From: Leidyana gryllorum EB-2025a
Taxonomy: Eukaryota; Protista; Apicomplexa
Length of the DNA stretch: 6,540 nt
Assembly (NCBI GenBank): GCA_048772705.1
Contig: JBLWGC010000103.1
Coordinates: forward strand, 1-6,540
Reading direction: 5' to 3'
Position numbers and translations under genes: made by a program. Shown in pieces: positions 5,285 to 6,540 of the stretch. How positions within the stretch are numbered: position 1 is the stretch's first letter; every line of letters begins with the position of its first letter. Under the pieces are notes generated by a model that was not told where the DNA came from, ran no database searches, and saw only the letters and a program-made list of their open reading frames with translations.

Positions 5285-6540
5285 TAAGGAAACAACCCCT
5301 CACCGCACAATGGACACTTCATAACCCGAATCACCCCGAACAACGATTGCAAGCGTGTGTACTTGTCGATACCGGAGCCTCCGTCAGCTGTATACATACG
5401 GAAACCGCTCGCGCCATGGGACTGGCGCCGAACGGCCGACAACTACAAATCCAGTCGATCCATGGATCCCACAATCATGCAATGACCAACGTCCTACTGC
5501 GAACAGAACAGAACCACGTACTCTTGGAAGCAGCCGCAACACCCAACATGGCGTATGACTTGATAATACCTACCGCGGTGATTGCGCACCTGAACCTCAC
5601 CATTACGACCGACCACAGTCACAATTTGTGCATATTCGAAGGAAAGATCAACGCAGTTCGCGCAGCACTTCGACCAGAACAATGGGTCAAAACCACTCCT
5701 GGACAGTGCCACTACCTGAACGAAATTCATACAACCAGACTCGACATACCCGAAGAGGAACGGTGGCTAGAAATTGAGTTCCGAACGGTTCTCCACGAAC
5801 ACGCACCAATGCCACCGAGCCGACCCGGAATAGATCACCGCATCGAACTCACCGATCCCCAAATCAAACCATTCGCACGACAGCCGTACCGCATACCCCA
5901 ACAGTACGTGGGAGAGCTTCGAAACCAACTAACGGAACTCACCAAGGACGGGAAAATCCAGCTCAGTTCATCAAGCTGGGCTTCGCCCTGCCTTTTCGTC
6001 CCTAAGAAGGACACCGCGGTTCCAAGGCTGGTTTGCGATTACAGAAGACTGAACGAAGCGACACGCAAAGTCGTTTCACCCATACCCAGCCTGGACGACG
6101 CGTTGCAACTGCTCGCTGATGCAAAATGGTTCTCCACATTGGACCTTAAGGCGGGATACCACCAAGTCAGAATGGAGCCCGAGAGCCGACATCTCACCGC
6201 TTTCGCCACACCATGGGGACTTTACGAATGGACCGTAATGCCCAATGGTCTGACGAATGCCCCGGCTACCTTCAACACCATGATGACGCACATACTGGGA
6301 CATCTCATCGGCGAATGTATCTTCGTATATCTCGATGACGTCCTAGTATTCTCAAAGACCATTCAAGAACACAGACAACACCTACGCCAAGTCATGGAGG
6401 GACTTCGAACTAATCACCTGATAGTACACAGGAGGAAGTCGCACTTCTTCAAAACCAGAGTGCAGTATCTTGGCCACGAGATAGGACCAGAAGGAATCAC
6501 ACCACTACATCACAAGGTCGACGGTCTCCAACGACTACCC
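5176..6540 (+). CDS. pol: Pol (aspartic protease + reverse transcriptase), -1 frame relative to gag, 3' partial; absent from the ORF track because it has no stop in the window
   Basis: Manual translation is stop-free 5176-6540: VLVDTGAS (DTG 5368-5376), IDHRIEL, QPYRIP, SSWASPCLFVPKKD, RLVCDYRRLN, FSTLDLKAGYHQV, VMPNGLTNAPATF, VYLDDVLVFS (YLDD 6328-6339), YLGH. Confidence 0.96.
5224..5289 (+). other. Candidate -1 frameshift signal of element C
   Basis: G GAT TTT at 5224-5230 in gag phase, a 7-nt spacer, then the stem CCCC-GGAATC...GATTCT-(GAAC)-GGGG (5238-5270). The pol frame is open from 5176. Confidence 0.6.

Larger units (their letters stand above)
4030..6540 (+). mobile_element. Ty3/Gypsy LTR retrotransposon, element C (5' portion; continues beyond the window)
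   Basis: LTR, PBS, gag, then protease directly followed by RT (Gypsy domain order). Confidence 0.92.

Noticed and set aside
4181-6303. Short antisense or alternate-frame ORFs over gag/pol, and similar short ORFs over the minus-strand unit
   Set aside because: Under 100 aa, without motifs, and shadowing well-supported CDSs.

Overview
Eukaryotic retroelement cluster with no host gene visible. On the + strand are three related short-LTR Ty3/Gypsy elements. Element A contributes the pol end (GPF motif plus chromodomain), a PPT and two identical 161-bp LTRs (452-612, 3074-3234). Element B is an LTR/PBS plus a gag truncated at 4029. Element C is inserted into B and has an LTR (4030-4229), PBS, CCHC gag and a -1-frame PR-RT pol running off the window. 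The main finding lies between the two A LTRs: a 2456-bp minus-strand unit bounded by an inward-facing 5-bp duplication (GTGTA at 613-617 and 3069-3073). Joining its ends at the duplication restores an in-frame 234-aa RGG-tailed ORF1. This is followed by a UUUAAAC slippery site with a three-stem pseudoknot, a -1-frame RT-RNase H with DIRS/hepadnavirus-like motifs, an overprinted 338-aa +1 ORF and a 132-bp hairpin-rich spacer. No protease, integrase, tyrosine recombinase or endonuclease is seen. The simplest reading (inference) is a circularly permuted, integrase-less minimal retroelement or pararetrovirus-like circle opened by a Gypsy insertion and fixed in the genome.
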